Positions 40,352-50,388 of a stretch of 64,000 nucleotides of DNA are shown here, one piece after another. Both the position numbers and the translations under genes were made by a program. The DNA is from Parcubacteria group bacterium Licking1014_17 (lineage in GTDB: Bacteria > Patescibacteriota > Minisyncoccia > 2-02-FULL-40-12 > IGHO2-01-FULL-4-A): NCBI GenBank assembly GCA_007376485.1, contig VMGJ01000001.1, positions 113,922 through 177,921 on the forward strand, given 5' to 3'. Position 1 is the stretch's first letter; each line of letters begins with the position of its first letter. The notes under the pieces were generated by a model that had not been told where the DNA came from, did no database searches, and saw only the letters and a program-made list of their open reading frames with translations.

Positions 40352-40927
40352 ATGATTGGAATGAATGACCTAAAACCCGGTGTCTTTTTTATTTACGAGG
40401 GTGCGCCCTACGTGGTTTTAGAAGCGCATCATCTTAAAATGCAGCAGCGCCGTCCAGTCCAGCAGACCAGGATGCGCAACCTGCTTAACGGCAAAATTAT
40501 TGAGCGCAATTTCCAACAGTCGGATTCGCTTGAAGAAGCTGATATTGAAAAGAAAAAGGTCAAATTTTTGTATAATCACAGGGAGGAATACTGGTTTACC
40601 GAAGAAAATAATTCGTCAGCCAGATTTAAACTGGCAAAAGAAATTTTGGGAGACGCGGTTGCGTTTCTGAAAGCAAATACCGAGGTTGAGGCGATGCTTT
40701 TCAACGGGGAAACAATAAATATAGAACTGCCGGTAAAAATGGATTTCAAAGTCGTTGAAGCTCCGCCCTCAATAAAAGGCAACACCGCCCAAGGCGGGGT
40801 AAAACAGGTAAAACTTGAAACCGGAGCAATTGTGAACGTGCCGCTTTTCGTTGAAACCGGCGACGAAATCAGAATCAACACCCAAACCGGCGAATACGTG
40901 GAAAGAATCTCAAAAACGCAAAACTAA
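40352..40927 (+). CDS. efp: Elongation factor P
   Basis: DLKPG, KGNTAQGG.K.V.LETG, VPLFVE.GD.I.INT..GEYVER. Confidence 0.96.
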   Translation: MIGMNDLKPGVFFIYEGAPYVVLEAHHLKMQQRRPVQQTRMRNLLNGKIIERNFQQSDSLEEADIEKKKVKFLYNHREEYWFTEENNSSARFKLAKEILGDAVAFLKANTEVEAMLFNGETINIELPVKMDFKVVEAPPSIKGNTAQGGVKQVKLETGAIVNVPLFVETGDEIRINTQTGEYVERISKTQN

Positions 40928-40969
40928 ACGCCCACCGGTTTACAATCCCCCGCTTTGAGCCGGCTTGCC

Positions 40970-41554
40970 TCAACTCGGCGAAGCTGGCGGCGCCGAAAAC
41001 CTTTTTGATTTTACGAAAAGGAGAATTAGTACCGGCAGAAGATACCATACGAATCTTATCGGGTCGCTCGTGAACAGCAGTAAAACCGGACTCGGAAATA
41101 TTTCGACAATTCCTCTCGGAAGATAAGTAAATACGATAGCTGTCAAAAGTCCCAGATATAAAATTACCGCCACAAACGAAAACATCGGCGATATGTCGTA
41201 TGACGTGAGTTTTTTCCTCAAAAAGGAACGATGGAGTATCAAAAAGATAATTATGTATAAAACGCCGAAAGCAATCAGTCTTACGATAAATACCGGCACT
41301 TGCTGGAAATACCGATTAACCCATTCGTAATAAGGAATTGCGGGCTCAATAAGCGCGGCGATATAAAGACACAGTACAGCCAGCATAATTTTCGATTTAG
41401 CCGTGCCTACGGCAATCAGGAATATCACCAGAAACACAAAAGCCAAAATCAGCCACGGATAATAATTCCCCACGAAATCCCGCAAACTGAAATTCGCCAA
41501 CAGCGCCGAGCCCGCATTTCCGATTAATGATAGCAGGGTTTTAATTTTGTCCAT
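40970..41554 (-). CDS. Multi-TM hypothetical protein
   Basis: About five hydrophobic helices. Confidence 0.8.
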   Translation of the reverse strand: MDKIKTLLSLIGNAGSALLANFSLRDFVGNYYPWLILAFVFLVIFLIAVGTAKSKIMLAVLCLYIAALIEPAIPYYEWVNRYFQQVPVFIVRLIAFGVLYIIIFLILHRSFLRKKLTSYDISPMFSFVAVILYLGLLTAIVFTYLPRGIVEIFPSPVLLLFTSDPIRFVWYLLPVLILLFVKSKRFSAPPASPS

Positions 41555-41616
41555 CGGTTTTAATTATAGTATATTGCGCGAAAAAGAGTATGGCGGAATA
41601 CAAACTAAAAAAAGGC

Positions 41617-41768
41617 GGGAATGTGTCTTTGAGCAGTACAGCGAGCCAGCCCCCACCATCACGTTGGTGGGGGGCTGGCGAGGTATAAGTGAGGGCTTCG
41701 CTCGCCTCGCTGGAGCCTACGGCGAAGCGGGCTGGAAAGCCCGAGTATCTGCGAAAAGACATATTCCC
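41617..41768 (+). repeat. Structured intergenic repeat, subfamily A, with nested palindrome
   Basis: Shared core; extra 33-nt palindrome in the TCGCTGG loop. Confidence 0.92.
41700..41732. repeat. 33-nt REP-like palindrome
   Basis: GCTCGCCTCGC...GCGAAGCGGGC; second copy at 53329..53361. Confidence 0.8.
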
Positions 41769-41796
41769 CAACAAAAAGGTGGTAAGTTAACGTGAT

Positions 41797-41825
41797 TTGA
41801 CAAAACAAATACAAACTGCTATAAA
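41797..41825 (+). promoter_or_regulatory. Sigma70 promoter of orphan gene
   Basis: TTGACA-17-TATAAA with upstream TG. Confidence 0.65.
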
Positions 41826-41887
41826 TATGTTAGCTTTTTAACAGAACATTAACGCTTTTTCCACGTCATGTATGGAGGAATAGGAAA

Positions 41888-42808
41888 ATGGAATGGTTAC
41901 TTTCAGTTCTACCGGGCTTTGGGTGGGTTCTGCTTTTCGGAATTTTTCCATTTTTTCTTGCTAACGTTTTCATTGCGGATACAGTCAGTAGGAGAAATGA
42001 CGAATTGTCCAATCGCATCATTTTATTCGGCATGACGAATAAAGATGATGAACTGACTACTGCAACGTTGGTTATTCAATTTTTAGCGGGGATGTGTGGA
42101 ACAATATTGATCGTCTTGGTTTCCTTGGCAAATCTCGTCGGTGATTCAACAATATTTCCCGGATACCCTAATTATGTTGGCTTCCTGATGATAGGGCTAG
42201 GGTTAGCCGCCTATGGCGCCCTTTGGGGATTAATCGGTGTTGGTAGCTTTATCAAATCACTCCTGTCAAAATCCTGGAAATTATTGACTCAAAGGCTGAC
42301 CATAAGAACCCTAAAAAGAATGAAAAAGGCCGAAATGAAAAAAGGGAAACCGCAGGAAATAATAAAGACCTGTCGGGGTCTAATCCAGAAAGCCGAAGAA
42401 TTCTGCCCGGCGGGCTTAGTCGACCAATTCCAGGAATTAACCTCCAAACTAATGGAGGCGCTCAAGCAGAATATAGAAATCAAGGAGATTTTAGAATCGG
42501 GGACTACTGGTCTGGTAGGTGACCATGGCGAATTGCTTCAAAAAGCCGATGCTATTTTTAAGGATGTCAGTTTGGCGGATAGCGAGCTCGGCCGGAAAAT
42601 AATGGAGTTATTGAAGAAAAAAGGTGATCGGGGAGGCCGGGCCGCGGAAGCCAAGCTGAAAATAAAAGCCATAGTGTTAATCTGCGAGGCATTGCCGCAG
42701 ATTATAGCTGATTCCAACGGAGTCCTAAATGGGCTGGAGGAAACCATCATTCCGGCATTAACAGCGAATGCCCCGCCGGGGAAAAAAAGAGAAAAGGAAA
42801 AAGCATAA
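41888..42808 (+). CDS. Hypothetical membrane protein with helical C terminus
   Basis: GGAGGA SD, three TM segments, terminator at 42823..42852. Confidence 0.75.
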   Translation: MEWLLSVLPGFGWVLLFGIFPFFLANVFIADTVSRRNDELSNRIILFGMTNKDDELTTATLVIQFLAGMCGTILIVLVSLANLVGDSTIFPGYPNYVGFLMIGLGLAAYGALWGLIGVGSFIKSLLSKSWKLLTQRLTIRTLKRMKKAEMKKGKPQEIIKTCRGLIQKAEEFCPAGLVDQFQELTSKLMEALKQNIEIKEILESGTTGLVGDHGELLQKADAIFKDVSLADSELGRKIMELLKKKGDRGGRAAEAKLKIKAIVLICEALPQIIADSNGVLNGLEETIIPALTANAPPGKKREKEKA

Positions 42809-42822
42809 AAAAGAAGAAGTCC

Positions 42823-42852
42823 GACCCGCCTAGTTGCTTAGGCGGGGTTTTC
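42823..42852 (+). terminator. Rho-independent terminator
   Basis: CCCGCCTA/TAGGCGGG followed by Ts. Confidence 0.8.
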
Positions 42853-42859
42853 ATTTGAA

Positions 42860-42988
42860 GATGAACTAATGTCTTTTAGCACCGTTGAAAGAGCGGATTG
42901 CACGGTCCGCCTTGGGCGGAATCCGCTCTTTCACGGAACGAGTCCTGTCGCTGGCGGGACGAGTGGTGATAAAAGGCGTTAGCTCATC
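42860..42988 (+). repeat. Structured intergenic repeat, subfamily B
   Basis: Homologous to 30042..30203 with different but still paired stems. Confidence 0.8.
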
Positions 42989-43036
42989 GCCGGGCTCTAT
43001 TGAAAATTGAGGATTAAGCGGGTATATTATAGGCAT

Positions 43037-43609
43037 ATGCTGAACAAAATTATATTTGTCATAATTGGATTGCTTATGGTCGTGGGTATTTACTATATTT
43101 CCACGAGAAAAGACAGAAATATTTTTGAATCGGGTCCGACGAATACGCCGTATGCGACCAAGACAACCGGCTCAACAATCAGCTTTACGCCTGCCCCAAC
43201 GGGATTGATTTCCGGCACCCCGACGCCCATTTCATCAAAAACCCCAACGCCAACCCAATCCTCCACTCCAACACCGACTTTTCCACGCACACCGACGCCG
43301 ACCTCTACTCCAACTCGCACACCCACACGTACCCCTACACCTACTCCGACACCTCAAACCTATAATGTTTCAATTTATCAAAGAAGATACAACCCAAACC
43401 AGATGACTGTTAATAAAGGCGACAGAATTTATTACAAAAACGACGACACAATAGCCCATTCGGTCACTTCCGACACTGGCGAGTTTGACTCGGGCATTCT
43501 CCAGCCCGGAGACAGATGGACATTAGACACGTCAATTTTAGATCCTAAAGCGTATACTTACTACTCAACGCCGAACCCAAGTACGAGGGGCGGAATACTG
43601 GTCAGATAA
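43037..43609 (+). CDS. Membrane-anchored PT-linker cupredoxin-like protein
   Basis: TM, PT repeats, YNP..MTVNKGD, HSVTSD, FDSG.LQPG. Confidence 0.8.
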   Translation: MLNKIIFVIIGLLMVVGIYYISTRKDRNIFESGPTNTPYATKTTGSTISFTPAPTGLISGTPTPISSKTPTPTQSSTPTPTFPRTPTPTSTPTRTPTRTPTPTPTPQTYNVSIYQRRYNPNQMTVNKGDRIYYKNDDTIAHSVTSDTGEFDSGILQPGDRWTLDTSILDPKAYTYYSTPNPSTRGGILVR

Positions 43610-43639
43610 AGAAGAATTGTTTTGCCGGCAGGATTTATT

Positions 43640-44722
43640 TTATATTTCGTAAGACAACTCTTCTGCCAGTTTCTTGGCTTTTGAGCTTAATTTTTTCGGA
43701 ATTTGAATTTTTATTTTAACCACCTCGTCCCCTTTTCTGGCGCCGTGAAAACCATAACCTTTCAATCTTATTTCGTCGCCGTCATGTGTACCGGCTGGTA
43801 TTTGTATTTCCCTATCGCCTTCAATGGTCGGCACGGTGACCGGCGCGCTCAGTAACGCGTCAGTAACCTTAATCGTCAGGTTATAAATAATATCGCCGCC
43901 CTTAACGGTAAAACGTCTATCGGATTCAACCGAAAAGCGCAAATATAAATCGCCTTTACCGCCGTTTCTTCCACCCGCGTTTCCCTTCCCTTTTATGACT
44001 ATAGTATCGCCGTCATGAATGCCCGCCGGAATATCGATTCCAATTTTTTCGCGCGCGTTTTTGATACCGCTGCCGCCGCATGACGGGCATTTTTCTTTTG
44101 GTATTTTGCCCTCGCCCTGGCATTTATCGCAAATATAAGCCCTGGAAAAACTGCCTAAAATAGTGCGCGATGTTTTCCTGATTTCGCCTTTGCCGTCGCA
44201 TTCGGAACACTTTACGAAATCGCTACCCTTTTTTACGCCGCTTCCGCCGCACTCGCCGCAGGCGATGTCATGCCGGATTTCAATGTCGGTCGAACCTCCT
44301 CTGGCGGCGGTGTACAAACTAATTCGCATATTGGCATGTATGTCTTCACCTCCATTGGCATACCGGCGTTCAGCCGTTCCCCCGCCGAAAGCGCCGCCAA
44401 ACATGTCAAAAATGTCATTGATATCAAAGTTAAAGTTACCGCCGCCAAAACCCTGCCCAAAATTAAAGCCCTCAAAGCCGCCAAACCCGCCGGCTCCGCC
44501 CGAAGCCGAAGAGCCGTCATAAGCCCCGAACTGGTCAAACTGGCTTTTCTTGGAAGGGTTTGAAAGCACTTGGTATGCCTCATTTATCTCTTTAAATTTT
44601 TTCTCGTCGCCGCCTTGCTTGTCCGGGTGATATTTGTGCGCCAAAGCGCGGTAGGCTTTTTTAATTTCCTCCGCCGTGGCGTTTCTCGAAACTCCCAATA
44701 TTTGGTAGTAATCCTTTGCCAT
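43640..44722 (-). CDS. dnaJ: Chaperone DnaJ
   Basis: HPD motif, G/F region, four CxxCxGxG. Confidence 0.98.
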   Translation of the reverse strand: MAKDYYQILGVSRNATAEEIKKAYRALAHKYHPDKQGGDEKKFKEINEAYQVLSNPSKKSQFDQFGAYDGSSASGGAGGFGGFEGFNFGQGFGGGNFNFDINDIFDMFGGAFGGGTAERRYANGGEDIHANMRISLYTAARGGSTDIEIRHDIACGECGGSGVKKGSDFVKCSECDGKGEIRKTSRTILGSFSRAYICDKCQGEGKIPKEKCPSCGGSGIKNAREKIGIDIPAGIHDGDTIVIKGKGNAGGRNGGKGDLYLRFSVESDRRFTVKGGDIIYNLTIKVTDALLSAPVTVPTIEGDREIQIPAGTHDGDEIRLKGYGFHGARKGDEVVKIKIQIPKKLSSKAKKLAEELSYEI

Positions 44723-44740
44723 CCATTAAACAACTCAGCG

Positions 44741-46639
44741 TTACTTCTTCTCGCCGTGCGGGTCTTGCTCAACTTTCGGCTCCTGCTGGCCGGCTGTCTG
44801 CTGCTGGGTTTTGTATAATATCTCGCCGATTTTCTGGGATGACCGCGAAAGTTCTTCCGTAGCTTTTTTGATATCTTCGACAGAACCGGCATCTTTAATC
44901 TTCTTCAGGTTTTCAATCTTTTCGTTGATATCTTTCTTGGTGTCTTCGGGGATTTTGTCGCCCGCGTCTTTCATCGCTTTTTCGGTCACGTAAATTATCG
45001 ACTCCGCCATATTTTTGGATTCGACTTGCTCTTTCTTTTTGGCGTCTTCGACCGCGAATTTTTCGGCATCCACCGCCATCCGCTTCTTTTCATCATCGCT
45101 AAGGCCGGATGAGCCCTCAATATGGATTGACTGCTGTTTGCCGGTAGCTTTATCTTTGGCGTTGACGTTCAGGATTCCGTTGGCGTCAATATCAAACGAA
45201 ACTTCAATCTGGGGCATGCCACGCGGAGCCGGAGGAATGCCATCAAGGAAAAATTTACCCAAGGTTTTGTTGTCCGGCGACATCGGGCGCTCTCCCTGCA
45301 AAACGTGTATTTCCACGGACGGCTGATTATCCGCTGCCGTTGAAAATGTCTGCGTTTTAGAAGTCGGCACGGTGGTATTTTTTTCTATCATTCTGGTCAT
45401 TACGTTGCCAAGCGTTTCAATGCCCAGAGACAGCGGCGTCACGTCAAGCAATAAAACATCACTGACTTCGTGCTTCATGATTCCACCCTGAATACCGGCA
45501 CCCACGGCAACAACTTCGTCGGGGTTGATATCCTTGTGCGGTTCTTTCCCGAAGAATTTCTTCACCGCCTCAACCATAGCCGGCATTCTCGTCTGTCCGC
45601 CGACAAGCACGACTTCATTTATATCCGAAGTTTTCATTTTAGCTTCCTCAAGCGTCTTTTTGGTCAGTTCGATTGATTTCTCTATGAAATCACGGGTTAA
45701 ATCTTCGAGTTTCGCCCGAGTAAACGTCATTGAAAAATGTTTCGGCCCGCTTGAATCGGCGGTCAGAAACGGAATATTAACCTCCGCTTGGGTCGTGCTC
45801 GAAAGCTCGTGTTTGGCTTTTTCAGCTGCGTCCTTCAAGCGCTGTAATACCATATGGTCTTTACTGACATCTATTCCGCTTTCCTTTCTGAATTCATCAA
45901 CAAAATACTGGATAATTTTCTGGTCAATGTCGTCGCCGCCTAAATGAGTGTCGCCTCCGGTGGCTTTAACCTCAATCGTGTCAGCCGACACTTCAAGAAT
46001 CGAAACGTCGAAAGTTCCGCCGCCGAAGTCATAGACTACTATTTTCTCGTCCTTTTTCTTGTTGAAACCGTAGGCAAGCGCAGCTGCCGTCGGTTCGTTT
46101 ATCACGCGCAGGACTTTTAAACCGGCGACTTCACCGGCGTCTTTTGTCGCCTTCCTCTGCGAATCGTCAAAATAAGCCGGCACCGTAATTATCGCTTCGG
46201 TAATCTTCTCGCCGAGTTTGTCTTCGGCGTCGGTTTTCAACTTTTGTAAGACCATCGCCGAAATTTCCGCCGGCTTGTACCATTTGCCCTGCCCTGAGTT
46301 TATCGAATGGGTCGAAGGGTCGCCCATTTTTATCTCAACGTCGTTATTGCTCCCTTCCCTGATCTCATAGGGCAGCAATTTTTTGTCTTTCTGGACCTCC
46401 GCATCGGAATAACGCCTGCCGATGAGTCTTTTGACCGAATAAATGGTGTCTCTCGGATTTGTCATTGCCTGCCGTTTGGCGGTAATGCCGACATATCTTT
46501 CTCCGCCTTTTCCGATTGCCACCACTGAAGGCGTGGTTCTTGCCCCTTCTTTGTTTTCTATGATTCTCGGCTGGCCGTGTTCAATAATAGCCATCGCCGA
46601 GTTTGTCGTTCCTAAATCGATTCCTAATACTTTTGCCAT
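44741..46639 (-). CDS. dnaK: Chaperone DnaK with an 11-aa repeat-derived insert
   Basis: [31 protein letters not shown]. Confidence 0.99.
   Translation of the reverse strand: MAKVLGIDLGTTNSAMAIIEHGQPRIIENKEGARTTPSVVAIGKGGERYVGITAKRQAMTNPRDTIYSVKRLIGRRYSDAEVQKDKKLLPYEIREGSNNDVEIKMGDPSTHSINSGQGKWYKPAEISAMVLQKLKTDAEDKLGEKITEAIITVPAYFDDSQRKATKDAGEVAGLKVLRVINEPTAAALAYGFNKKKDEKIVVYDFGGGTFDVSILEVSADTIEVKATGGDTHLGGDDIDQKIIQYFVDEFRKESGIDVSKDHMVLQRLKDAAEKAKHELSSTTQAEVNIPFLTADSSGPKHFSMTFTRAKLEDLTRDFIEKSIELTKKTLEEAKMKTSDINEVVLVGGQTRMPAMVEAVKKFFGKEPHKDINPDEVVAVGAGIQGGIMKHEVSDVLLLDVTPLSLGIETLGNVMTRMIEKNTTVPTSKTQTFSTAADNQPSVEIHVLQGERPMSPDNKTLGKFFLDGIPPAPRGMPQIEVSFDIDANGILNVNAKDKATGKQQSIHIEGSSGLSDDEKKRMAVDAEKFAVEDAKKKEQVESKNMAESIIYVTEKAMKDAGDKIPEDTKKDINEKIENLKKIKDAGSVEDIKKATEELSRSSQKIGEILYKTQQQTAGQQEPKVEQDPHGEKK
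46287..46319 (-). repeat. 33-nt palindromic in-frame insertion in dnaK
   Basis: CCCTTCGACCCATTCGATAAACTCAGGGCAGGG encoding [11 protein letters not shown]. Confidence 0.7.
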
Positions 46640-46742
46640 TTTTGTTAGCGAGTAAAGTGAGCTTTACAAAAATGAGCACCTCGCTTCAATTTTGCCAAAA
46701 CTCAACTTCACTTTTTTAAATTTATTAATTATTTTCAAGTGA

Positions 46743-46931
46743 GCCAATATGTATTGAGGACTGTTCGGGTTGAACTGGGAATATATCTTTGAGCAGTACA
46801 GCGAGCCAGTTTTGCTTGGTCCGCCTTGGGTGGAAAACTGGCGAGCTATAAGCGAGGGCTTCGCTGGAAAGCCTGAGCATCTGCGAAAAGACATATTCCC
46901 AGTTAGTTTCAGTCCCGAAAAACATATTGGC
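46743..46931 (+). repeat. Subfamily C shell enclosing a subfamily A copy (46773..46904)
   Basis: Outer GCCAATATGT/ACATATTGGC and CAGTCCCGAAAA; inner subfamily A core. Confidence 0.85.
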
Positions 46932-46939
46932 AAGTGACT

Positions 46940-47056
46940 TTACTTTACATTCACGTTAATTTTCTTCGGTTGTCTTACCTCCGACTTTGGCTTTTTGATT
47001 CTACCATATATTTTCAACGTACCTGCGGTCCGTTGAAATGTCATATGGCGAATCAT
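46940..47056 (-). pseudogene. 38-aa ORF resembling an Hsp20 C-terminal remnant
   Basis: MIRHMTFQRTAGTLKIYGRIKKPKSEVRQPKKINVNVK*, coupled to the grpE stop via TAATG. Confidence 0.4.
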
Positions 47057-47553
47057 TAATTATTAACGAATTTTACTCTTGCGGGCCTGATTACCTTGCC
47101 GTACATCGTGTAGCCAGCCCTTATTTCCTCAACTTTTTTCGCGTTCTCCGGAATATGCCCCTCGGTTATTTCGTGAATATTGGGGTCAAATTCCTGCTTC
47201 GCCGGAACTCTTTCCACTCCGTATTTTTTAAAAATATCCGATACCTGCTTTTTGGTTTTTTCCAAACCCATGAACCAATTTTTACACCCGTCTTTCACGT
47301 TCTCCGGCGCCTCGCGAATCGAAATATCCAAACTGTCCACGATATCCAGCATATCCAGAATCAATCCTTCGTTCGCGAACTTCAGAAAATCCTCCATCCT
47401 TTTTGCCTCTTCTTTCCGGTAATTAATCATATCGGCCCGGGCACGTTTCCAATTATTAAGATATTCTTCGGCTTTCGCCCGCCATTCGTCTTTTATTTCG
47501 CCGTTGCCACCGGTGTTGTCTTTTAAATCTTTTTCGTCTTTTGGATTATCCAT
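47056..47553 (-). CDS. grpE: Nucleotide exchange factor GrpE
   Basis: RARADMINYRK, FDPNIHE, GY..GKVIRPARV. Confidence 0.96.
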   Translation of the reverse strand: MDNPKDEKDLKDNTGGNGEIKDEWRAKAEEYLNNWKRARADMINYRKEEAKRMEDFLKFANEGLILDMLDIVDSLDISIREAPENVKDGCKNWFMGLEKTKKQVSDIFKKYGVERVPAKQEFDPNIHEITEGHIPENAKKVEEIRAGYTMYGKVIRPARVKFVNN

Positions 47554-48289
47554 ATTTTGAATATTTTTTCAGCTCATTTACAGCGTAAGTGAGCAAATTA
47601 ATGTTTTTTTCATAATCCATTCTCATGGGACCGACCAGAACCAGCAACCCCCTTAATCTTCCCGGCAAATCATAGCCGGCAGTCATCAGCGTCTGGTCCT
47701 GCATATCCCTAATATGGTTTTCTCTCCCGATGGCTATTCTTATTTCAATATCATCGGGCACTCCGAAAAATTCACGTTCCATCCGGTCAAACATGCTTTC
47801 AAATTCATCAAAGAACTTTGCCATTCTGGACATCGCGTCGGCAAACTGGAATTCCGGATGTTGGAATAGCGGTGCCAATCCCCTCTTGAAAAAGTCCTGC
47901 TGTTCTTTAATGGCGGTTATAACGACACTACTTGAGAGCGATGAAAGTGCATCGGCAAGGCATTTGATCATTTTTTCCGGGTCGGACATGGCATCGGCTA
48001 AGTCGCCGCTGATTCTTTTCTTGGCTTCCGGTCTTAAATTGGAATCTCCTACTCTTAAAAAGTTATCAACATAGAATCTGTACGCCTTATCCGTCGGCAC
48101 ACGTCCGCTTGAAGTATGCGGCTGGTGCAAATATCCCGCCTCTTCCAATGACTGCATTTCAGCCCTCAAGGTTGCCGAAGAAAGCTTAAATTTTCCTTGA
48201 TTCGTAAGCAGTTTTGAACTCACCGGCTCGGCGCTGTTTATGTATTCTTCAACCAGTTGTTTTAATACCTGTTTTTGGCGCTCAGTCAT
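47546..48289 (-). CDS. hrcA: Heat-inducible repressor HrcA (short)
   Basis: SSATLR.EM..LE..GYL.QPHTSSGRVPT, GPMRMDY. Confidence 0.96.
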   Translation of the reverse strand: MTERQKQVLKQLVEEYINSAEPVSSKLLTNQGKFKLSSATLRAEMQSLEEAGYLHQPHTSSGRVPTDKAYRFYVDNFLRVGDSNLRPEAKKRISGDLADAMSDPEKMIKCLADALSSLSSSVVITAIKEQQDFFKRGLAPLFQHPEFQFADAMSRMAKFFDEFESMFDRMEREFFGVPDDIEIRIAIGRENHIRDMQDQTLMTAGYDLPGRLRGLLVLVGPMRMDYEKNINLLTYAVNELKKYSKYG

Positions 48290-48312
48290 ATTATAAAAAC
48301 CATTTTAGCCGA

Positions 48313-48339
48313 TTGGCACTCTCAAGTCAAGAGTGCTAA
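48313..48339. promoter_or_regulatory. CIRCE element overlapping the -35 of the hrcA promoter
   Basis: TTGGCACTC-N9-GAGTGCTAA; minus-strand TTGACT-17-TAAAAT at 48302..48330. Confidence 0.95.
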
Positions 48340-48438
48340 TTATTAATACGATGCGAGGGGGCGTAAGGTTTCACCTTGCAGCGTGCGGCAATTCTAAACT
48401 GGTTTGAATAAAAACTCTTTTTCTTCTACAATCATATT

Positions 48439-49881
48439 ATGCTCCGCATATACAATACCCTCACCAATTCAAAGGAATATTTTTTAAGTTCGGATACGAA
48501 AATCAGGATGTTTGTCTGCGGACCGACGGTGTACAATTACATCCACATCGGCAACGCCCGTTTGTTCACGGTTTTTGATGTTGTCGCCAAATATCTGCGC
48601 TACCTCGGCTACAAATTGTCGTATATTCAAAACATTACCGATATTGATGACAAAATCATTAATCAGGCGAAAGAAAACAATGAAACTTCGGAAACAGTAG
48701 CGAAAAGATTCCTGAATGAATTTTACAAGGATATAAAAAGCCTCGGGATTACGTCCGTGGATTCTTATCCCAAAGCATCCGAACATATTCCGGAAATTAT
48801 CGGGCAAATCAAAAAATTAGTTGAAAAAGGGGCTGCTTACGCGGTGCCGTCGGTTGCTGTTTCAGGTGAGGATGCCATCAATGACCCGGCGAACAATGAT
48901 GTTTATTTTTCGGTGGCGATGTTCCCTGAATTCGGAAAACTGTCAAAACAGCAATTGGATAAACTTGAAGCTGGAGCGCGGGTTGAAACCGAAACCAACA
49001 AACGTGACCCAAAGGATTTTGTTTTATGGAAAGCGCAAAATTATATTTACGAGCCGTCATGGGACTCACCATGGGGCAAGGGCAGGCCCGGCTGGCATAT
49101 TGAAGATACGGCAATTACCGAAAAATATTTCGGTCCGCAATATGAAATCCACGGCGGCGGTCAGGATTTAATGTTTCCCCATCACGAAGCCGAAATCGCC
49201 CAACAGGAATCCATATCAGGGTTACAGCCGTTCGTAAAATACTGGATGCACGCCGGATTTTTGACAATGAAAGACGATAAGATGTCAAAATCAACCGGGA
49301 ATTTTATCACTTTGAGAGACGCCATGGAAGAATACGGAATGGAAACTTTGAGATTTTATTTCTTGAGTTCCCATTACCGCGCCCCGCTGGATTACGCCGA
49401 CGAAACCATCAAACAATCGGCGGCGGCAACAACGAGACTGGCTGAATTTTATTTAAAACTAAAAAGTATCAAAAATTCGCTTAAAACCGAACCGAACGAA
49501 AAAAATTTTTCCGCCATTTCTACTATTACGGGTTTTTTTGAAAAAGATATGGACGATGACTTTAACACTTCGCGCGCTTTTTCGAGAGCTTTTGACTTGA
49601 TAAGATACGCCAGTCCGCTGATAAATGACGGCTCGCTGGACGTTGAGTCCTATAAAAAAATAATGGAAACCCTTGATTTAATGAACAGCATCTTCGGAAT
49701 AATCCCAAAGGAGTTGACTGAAATCCCCGCAAATGTCAAAAAATTATGCGAAGAGCGTGAGCGGGCGCGGGCAAGCAAAAACTATGGCCAAGCCGATTAT
49801 ATCCGGATGCAGATTCAGGCGCTCGGATACAGAGTAGACGATACAAAATACGGGCCGTTCATAAAGAAAAAGACGTTTTAA
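48439..49881 (+). CDS. cysS: Cysteine--tRNA ligase
   Basis: CGPTVY..HIGN, GRPGWHIE, FPHHEAE, KMSKS. Confidence 0.98.
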   Translation: MLRIYNTLTNSKEYFLSSDTKIRMFVCGPTVYNYIHIGNARLFTVFDVVAKYLRYLGYKLSYIQNITDIDDKIINQAKENNETSETVAKRFLNEFYKDIKSLGITSVDSYPKASEHIPEIIGQIKKLVEKGAAYAVPSVAVSGEDAINDPANNDVYFSVAMFPEFGKLSKQQLDKLEAGARVETETNKRDPKDFVLWKAQNYIYEPSWDSPWGKGRPGWHIEDTAITEKYFGPQYEIHGGGQDLMFPHHEAEIAQQESISGLQPFVKYWMHAGFLTMKDDKMSKSTGNFITLRDAMEEYGMETLRFYFLSSHYRAPLDYADETIKQSAAATTRLAEFYLKLKSIKNSLKTEPNEKNFSAISTITGFFEKDMDDDFNTSRAFSRAFDLIRYASPLINDGSLDVESYKKIMETLDLMNSIFGIIPKELTEIPANVKKLCEERERARASKNYGQADYIRMQIQALGYRVDDTKYGPFIKKKTF

Positions 49882-49928
49882 AAGCTTCTCCAATGGGGCA
49901 TTGTGCTTTTTTACAGTATGGGATTATA

Positions 49929-50098
49929 CTCGCTGGTGTGTTTTTTGTGACTGGATTTTCGCCAGGGCTTCGACTGAGCTCAGCCGAACGTCCGACGAAA
50001 ATCCATCTGGTGAAGTCATCGTCATTTGTCAAGACATAAAGTCATTGACAAAACCGTGCTGACAATGGCTTCAACAGCACTCAAAACACACCAGCTCG
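49929..50098 (-). repeat. Structured intergenic repeat, subfamily C, with nested palindrome at 49965..49993
   Basis: Homologous to 23314..23456; insert CTTCGACTGAGCTCAGCCGAAC. Confidence 0.85.
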
Positions 50099-50165
50099 TT
50101 GGAACCTTTAGTAAGGCGGTAAAAACCCAATACTTGCTTTAAAACACAACGTCTCTCCCCTGCAA

Positions 50166-50304
50166 GGGTGATATGCCTTTGAGCAGTACAGCGAGCCAGT
50201 TTTGCTTGGTCCCCCACCATCACGCTGGTGGGGGAAAACTGGCGAGGTATAAGCGGAGGTTTTCGCTGGAAAAACCGGAGCATCTGCAAAAAGGCATATC
50301 ACTC
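50166..50304 (+). repeat. Structured intergenic repeat, subfamily A
   Basis: Shared core; closing stem GTGATATGCCTTT/AAAGGCATATCAC. Confidence 0.92.
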
Positions 50305-50313
50305 TTAGCACAC

Positions 50314-50322
50314 TTATCCACA
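50314..50322 (+). promoter_or_regulatory. Consensus DnaA box upstream of dnaB
   Basis: TTATCCACA. Confidence 0.4.
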
Positions 50323-50388
50323 GCCTATCCTCCAGATACCAGCTTCTCCGGCTTAGGGGCTCTTTTTTTATTTTTGTATACTTAGTCC

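Noticed and set aside
50224-50231. GCTGGTGG (E. coli Chi) inside a repeat arm
   Set aside because: Single occurrence in a variable hairpin; Chi sequences are lineage-specific.
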